Origin: an uncultured Marinilabiliaceae bacterium
Lineage (GTDB): Bacteria > Bacteroidota > Bacteroidia > Bacteroidales > VadinHA17
DNA: 64,000 nucleotides
NCBI GenBank assembly: GCA_942491535.1
Contig: CALOBV010000007.1
Location: 69,975 to 133,974, forward strand
Reading direction: 5' to 3'
Every line of letters begins with the position of its first letter. Within the stretch, counting starts at the first letter, position 1. The notes under the pieces were generated by a model. That model worked only from the letters and a program-made list of their open reading frames with translations, had not been told where the DNA came from and did not search any database. Both the position numbers and the translations under genes were made by a program. Shown one piece after another: positions 59,793 to 64,000 of this stretch.

Positions 59793-60176
59793 CTACTCAA
59801 ATAAACCATCATCTCTCATTAACAATAGCAGAGATGTCTGTGATACTACAACATATTTTTCTTTATTAAATTCTATTTCTATTGCACTATTCTGCATATA
59901 TACAGCAAGATCACCTTCTTTTGGCTGGAGGGGAACATATTTTGGTTCCTGTCCTCCTGGCTTCCATGGTTCATCCACATCGGCCATGGCAGGAATTGGA
60001 TACCCCGGGCCAACCTTTACTACATATCCAATTTGCACTTTTTCCTTTTCCTGAACGCCGGGGGGAAGATAAAGACCTGATTTAGTTTTTGACTGTGGGG
60101 TTTTAGGTTTAATTAATATCCTGTCGCCCACAACAATCAGCTTGGATAAATCCTTCTCGTCAAGATGAACACTCAT
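59793..60176 (-). CDS. GroES/Cpn10-fold protein (long, stand-alone)
   Basis: 127 aa. GDRILIKPKTPQSKTKSGLYLP is a mobile-loop-like segment. ...GYVVKVGPG...EGDLAVY matches the Cpn10 pattern with an insertion. No groEL is adjacent. It lies 19 nt upstream of the cytochrome gene. Confidence 0.55.
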   Translation of the reverse strand: MSVHLDEKDLSKLIVVGDRILIKPKTPQSKTKSGLYLPPGVQEKEKVQIGYVVKVGPGYPIPAMADVDEPWKPGGQEPKYVPLQPKEGDLAVYMQNSAIEIEFNKEKYVVVSQTSLLLLMRDDGLFE

Positions 60177-60261
60177 TATTTCTCTGTTTTACTCTATACA
60201 AATCTATATATATTTTTTACATTCAGGATTTTTTGAGAATATTTGTACTCTATTTGCAATC

Positions 60262-60960
60262 ATGGAATACAGCTTTATACTTGTCGAACCAAAAGTGCCT
60301 GAAAATATAGGTGCAAGTGCCAGGGCCCTTAAAACAATGGGTTTTAGTTCTCTTATCTTAGTTAAGCCCTGTGAAGATCCTGAAGGCAGAGCCAGGTGGC
60401 TTGCACATGGTTCAAACGAAATACTTGATAATGCCAGGATATATAAATCGCTTAATGAAGCAATAAGCGGTTTTGATCTTGTAATTTCGACAACGACAAG
60501 AAAGAGAAATGTTCAGAGTGATTTAATACCTCTTTCAGAGCTATCTGATTTTATTGGAAATAAAGGACTTGCCATTAAGAAAGTAGCAATAGTTTTTGGC
60601 AATGAAGAATCAGGCCTTTCAAATACAGACTTATCGCTCTGCCATATTTCTTCAACAATACCTCTGGTTAATGATTTTCCTTCCTTAAACCTCTCGCAGT
60701 CGCTAATGCTATTTGCATATGAGCTTTCAGCAGGAAAAAGAAATATTAACATACCAGGCGAAAGACAGATTGCAGGAGAAGAATCGCTAAGCGCAGTTAG
60801 GGAGAAGGTAGAAAAGATTCTTGAAGCAACAGAACTCAATGAAAATCCGTCTCTTTCCGGAAAAATTATCGAAAGAATATCACATGCCGATGGAAAAGAT
60901 TTAAACCTGATCCATAGTATAGCAGGCAAGGTGCTGGAAATAATTAATAACAGAAAGTAA
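60262..60960 (+). CDS. SpoU/TrmH-family RNA 2'-O-methyltransferase (TrmJ-like)
   Basis: 232 aa. N-terminal ILVEPKVPENIGASARALKTMG, then VFGNEESGLSN and PSLNLSQS motifs. Confidence 0.75.
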   Translation: MEYSFILVEPKVPENIGASARALKTMGFSSLILVKPCEDPEGRARWLAHGSNEILDNARIYKSLNEAISGFDLVISTTTRKRNVQSDLIPLSELSDFIGNKGLAIKKVAIVFGNEESGLSNTDLSLCHISSTIPLVNDFPSLNLSQSLMLFAYELSAGKRNINIPGERQIAGEESLSAVREKVEKILEATELNENPSLSGKIIERISHADGKDLNLIHSIAGKVLEIINNRK

Positions 60961-60967
60961 AGAATCA

Positions 60968-61831
60968 ATGATTTACCTCGTACTTTGCATACTCTCATCT
61001 TCCTTCTTAATGGTAGTTTTCAAGATAGCAGGAAGACGCAATCTTGATACATATAGTGTTATAGTTATTAATTATATAGTGGCCTCATTACTTGGTTTCC
61101 TTATTTCTGGATTCCCTACCCGGGAAACCTTTACAAGTAAATGGCTTCTTTTTGCCATAATTATTGGTATTCTGTTTATTGTTGTATTTCTCCTTATTGC
61201 CTATTCAACAAAAGTATCCGGGATAGCACTGACAACCGTTGCCGTTAAGATGTCTGTTATTATTCCCATTTTGTTCTCAATATTATATTTCAGCGAAAAT
61301 ATTTCCCCGCTTAAAGTAATTGGGATAATTCTTGCCATGGTCGCGGTTTATCTGACAGTTCACAAAAAACAGGATCATAACATAACAAAGCGGATTGCAA
61401 TTATTCTGCCCGTTTTACTTTTTATTGGCTCGGGTACTATTGATACACTGATTAAGTATACTCAGGCCACATATCTTGAGGAAGACACTACCATAATGTT
61501 CACCTCGGTATTATTTATGATTGCAGCTATATGTGGCATTTTATATTCACCCGTAAGGAAAGAGCCTCTCAAAGGATATCTCAGAGCTGATATCCTGATT
61601 GGCGGATTGATACTTGGTATTATAAACTTCGGTTCTCTTTATGGCATCGTTATGGCCCTTGAAAGTAATGTCTTCGATAGTTCAATTATTTTTGGCATTA
61701 ATAATATTGGGATTGTAGTTCTTTCTGTAGTCCTTGCCCTGCTACTATTCAGGGAAGAGTTAACCATGAGGAACAAGGCTGGGATTGTATTATCTGTTAT
61801 AACAATTGTACTTCTTAGCCTTGTAAAATGA
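60968..61831 (+). CDS. EamA/DMT-superfamily transporter
   Basis: 287 aa. About ten TM helices arranged as two similar halves. Confidence 0.65.
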   Translation: MIYLVLCILSSSFLMVVFKIAGRRNLDTYSVIVINYIVASLLGFLISGFPTRETFTSKWLLFAIIIGILFIVVFLLIAYSTKVSGIALTTVAVKMSVIIPILFSILYFSENISPLKVIGIILAMVAVYLTVHKKQDHNITKRIAIILPVLLFIGSGTIDTLIKYTQATYLEEDTTIMFTSVLFMIAAICGILYSPVRKEPLKGYLRADILIGGLILGIINFGSLYGIVMALESNVFDSSIIFGINNIGIVVLSVVLALLLFREELTMRNKAGIVLSVITIVLLSLVK

Positions 61832-62442
61832 TCACCCAGGATACATTCAAAACAGTAAAATCTACATCAAAGGGACTGTATAAAGACAGGGGCAGCAAGT
61901 TTATCGGCCTTGCATACAGGGTTAACACTGTTGAAGAGGTTCAGCAGATCCTTGATAACATAAAGAAAGATGAATACAGGGATGCAAGACATCATTGTTA
62001 TGCATATAAGATAGGCTTAGATGATAATACATGGAGGCTAAATGATGATGGGGAGCCATCGGGAACAGCCGGCAAACCAATAATGGGTCAGATCAATTCT
62101 TTCAACCTGACAAATATACTTATTGTTGTTGTTAGATATTTCGGAGGCACACTGCTGGGTGTTGGAGGTCTTATTAACGCATACAGGAATGCGGCAAAAG
62201 ATGCCCTTTCAAACGCAAAGCTGATTACTGAAATTATACTGGTTGAATATGACCTGGCTTTTCCATATTCTTCAATGAACGATGTAATGACCCTTATTAA
62301 GGATGAGAACCTGAGACAGAGCAAGCAGGTTTTTGAGCTAAGTTGTTCTATCAGAATAGGTTTCCGCAAATCGGCTGAAGACAGGCTTACACAGAAATTA
62401 TCGTTTATCAAAGATCTAAGCTATAAACTGGTGACCGGTTAA
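61828..62442 (+). CDS. YigZ / IMPACT-family protein (UPF0029)
   Basis: 204 aa. KGSKFIG...ARHHCYAY...DDGEPSGTAGKPI...VVRYFGGTLLGVGGL motifs. Confidence 0.8.
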   Translation: MITQDTFKTVKSTSKGLYKDRGSKFIGLAYRVNTVEEVQQILDNIKKDEYRDARHHCYAYKIGLDDNTWRLNDDGEPSGTAGKPIMGQINSFNLTNILIVVVRYFGGTLLGVGGLINAYRNAAKDALSNAKLITEIILVEYDLAFPYSSMNDVMTLIKDENLRQSKQVFELSCSIRIGFRKSAEDRLTQKLSFIKDLSYKLVTG

Positions 62443-62537
62443 TTTGCAGCAAAGAATAGCTTTAAATCACATTAATAATTATGCTTTGTAATTATTAATT
62501 ACTTATTAACAACAAGAGTCATATATATATTAGTTCT

Positions 62538-62545
62538 TAACTTTG
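62538..62545 (+). promoter_or_regulatory. candidate -7 box TAACTTTG upstream of pyrB
   Basis: Matches TAnnTTTG, about 30 nt upstream of the pyrB ATG. Confidence 0.3.
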
Positions 62546-62575
62546 TCACCAGGTATAAACGCTAATTAATTATTG

Positions 62576-63484
62576 ATGAAGAACAGAAGCTTAGTATCAA
62601 TCGATGATTTCTCAACCGACGAAATCGGCAGAATTCTTGACCTGGCAGGTGAGTTTGAAAAGAATCCCTCCCAGAATATACTGCAGGACAAAGTTATCGC
62701 TTCCTTATTTTTTGAGCCCTCAACACGCACCAGGCTCAGCTTTGAGAGTGCTATATCAAGACTTGGAGGTAAGATAGTCGGTTTTACAGATGCATCGAGC
62801 TCGAGTGTTTCAAAGGGCGAAACCCTTAATGATACAATCAGGACTGTAAGTAACTACTCCGACCTTATTGTAATGCGTCATCCGATAGAAGGAAGTGCCA
62901 GATACGCCAGTGAAGTAGCCGGCATACCGGTTGTAAATGCAGGTGATGGAGCAAACCAGCATCCTACACAGACACTGCTCGACTTATATTCGATAAGAAA
63001 AACACAGGGTACTCTTGACAACCTGAATATTTTCCTTGTAGGTGACCTGAAATATGGAAGGACCGTTCATTCTCTTATGATGGCAATGTCGAGATGGAAC
63101 ACAACCTTTAATTTTATATCACCCAAAGAGCTAAGAATGCCAAATGAATATAAGTTATACCTTGATGATCTCGGATTAAAATACTATGAGCATACCGATT
63201 TTACTGAGATTATTTCAAAAGCCGATATAATTTATATGACAAGAGTTCAGAGAGAGAGATTTACCGATCCTATGGAATACGAGAAAGTAAAGAATGTATA
63301 CGTACTGCAAAATTCTATGCTTAAAAATACCAAGGATAATATGAGAGTTCTCCACCCCTTACCAAGAGTAAATGAAATTGACCCGGATGTAGACTCCAAT
63401 GAAAAAGCTTATTATTTTGAACAGGCCCTGAACGGAGTTTTTACAAGACAGGCAATTATCTCTACCCTGCTGGGATTAAAATAG
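62576..63484 (+). CDS. pyrB: aspartate carbamoyltransferase catalytic subunit
   Basis: ATG at 62576 (the track starts at TTG 62573). Motifs [21 protein letters not shown] and HPLPRVNEI. Confidence 0.95.
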   Translation: MKNRSLVSIDDFSTDEIGRILDLAGEFEKNPSQNILQDKVIASLFFEPSTRTRLSFESAISRLGGKIVGFTDASSSSVSKGETLNDTIRTVSNYSDLIVMRHPIEGSARYASEVAGIPVVNAGDGANQHPTQTLLDLYSIRKTQGTLDNLNIFLVGDLKYGRTVHSLMMAMSRWNTTFNFISPKELRMPNEYKLYLDDLGLKYYEHTDFTEIISKADIIYMTRVQRERFTDPMEYEKVKNVYVLQNSMLKNTKDNMRVLHPLPRVNEIDPDVDSNEKAYYFEQALNGVFTRQAIISTLLGLK

Positions 63485-63499
63485 AAATATCTAATAGTA

Positions 63500-63958
63500 A
63501 TGAAAGAACCTAAACAATTAAGCGTTAGCGCAATAGAAAACGGGACAGTTATAGATCATATCCCTGCCAATAACTTATTCAAGGTAATTCAGATCCTGGG
63601 TCTTGATAAGATAGATACACAAACCACATTCGGGACAAATCTTGGAAGCAATAAACTCGGGAAAAAAGCAATTGTTAAGCTTGCTGATGTATTTTTCGAG
63701 GACGATGATATAAACAGGATCGCACTGGTTGCTCCCCAGGCAAAACTTAATATAATAAGAGATTATGAGGTTGTTGAAAAAAGTGTTGTAGAGGTCCCGG
63801 ATGAGATTATTGGTATTGCTAAGTGTGTAAACCCAAAGTGTATTACCAATTTCGAAAAGGTTAAAACAAAATTCAGGGTTGTATCAAAAGACAATGTCTC
63901 ACTCAAATGTCATTACTGCGAGAAGATTACCGACCAGGAGCACCTGGAGATAGTATAA
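63500..63958 (+). CDS. pyrI: aspartate carbamoyltransferase regulatory subunit
   Basis: 152 aa. N-terminal LSVSAIENGTVIDHIP and a C-terminal zinc site CVNPKCIT...CHYCE. Directly follows pyrB. Confidence 0.95.
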   Translation: MKEPKQLSVSAIENGTVIDHIPANNLFKVIQILGLDKIDTQTTFGTNLGSNKLGKKAIVKLADVFFEDDDINRIALVAPQAKLNIIRDYEVVEKSVVEVPDEIIGIAKCVNPKCITNFEKVKTKFRVVSKDNVSLKCHYCEKITDQEHLEIV

Positions 63959-64000
63959 TTATCTAATCCTGTCGTACGATTTAATCAGAAGCTCATCCTT

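Noticed and set aside
1-64000. A search for CRISPR arrays, IS elements or transposases, integrases, toxin-antitoxin pairs and restriction-modification genes.
   Set aside because: I saw no regularly spaced direct repeats, no terminal inverted repeats flanking an ORF, and no translations with transposase, recombinase, nuclease or methylase motifs.

Overview
AT-rich bacterial chromosomal segment. I place it in Bacteroidota on internal evidence only: a T9SS C-terminal sorting domain, a MoxR/DUF58/BatD-type operon, DUF349, TonB-dependent receptor logic and TAnnTTTG-type -7 promoter boxes. All product calls come from motifs read in the supplied translations; no database search was possible. Most of the window is housekeeping or metabolism: pyrG, yidC, pyrBI, queE, pxpABC with an NRAMP transporter, bioG, alkaline phosphatase and 5'-nucleotidase, and NamZ-like DUF1343. 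It also contains one tRNA-Arg(UCU), a clear cobalamin riboswitch driving a btuB-protease-btuFCD operon, and a 6S-like structured RNA candidate with its own promoter and U-tract. The most interesting region is 39.4-48.9 kb. There, a 50-aa double-glycine-leader peptide gene too short for the ORF track (46953..47105) sits with a C39-peptidase ABC exporter, a HlyD partner, an ECF-like sigma factor, a periplasmic TPR-CHAT (caspase-fold) protease, a membrane TPR anti-sigma-like protein and a sensorless histidine kinase. I propose this as an uncharacterised exported-peptide / CHAT-protease / sigma signalling module. Other points worth a second look are a T9SS-secreted S1 peptidase inside the B12 uptake operon, tandem fused LeuCD-like aconitase-family paralogs (one with an in-frame TAA) separated by a GGGTATT heptamer array, an octaheme cytochrome c-TPR fusion co-transcribed with a GroES-like gene, and five otherwise full-length genes broken by single lesions. 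I recognised no CRISPR array, transposase or integrase.
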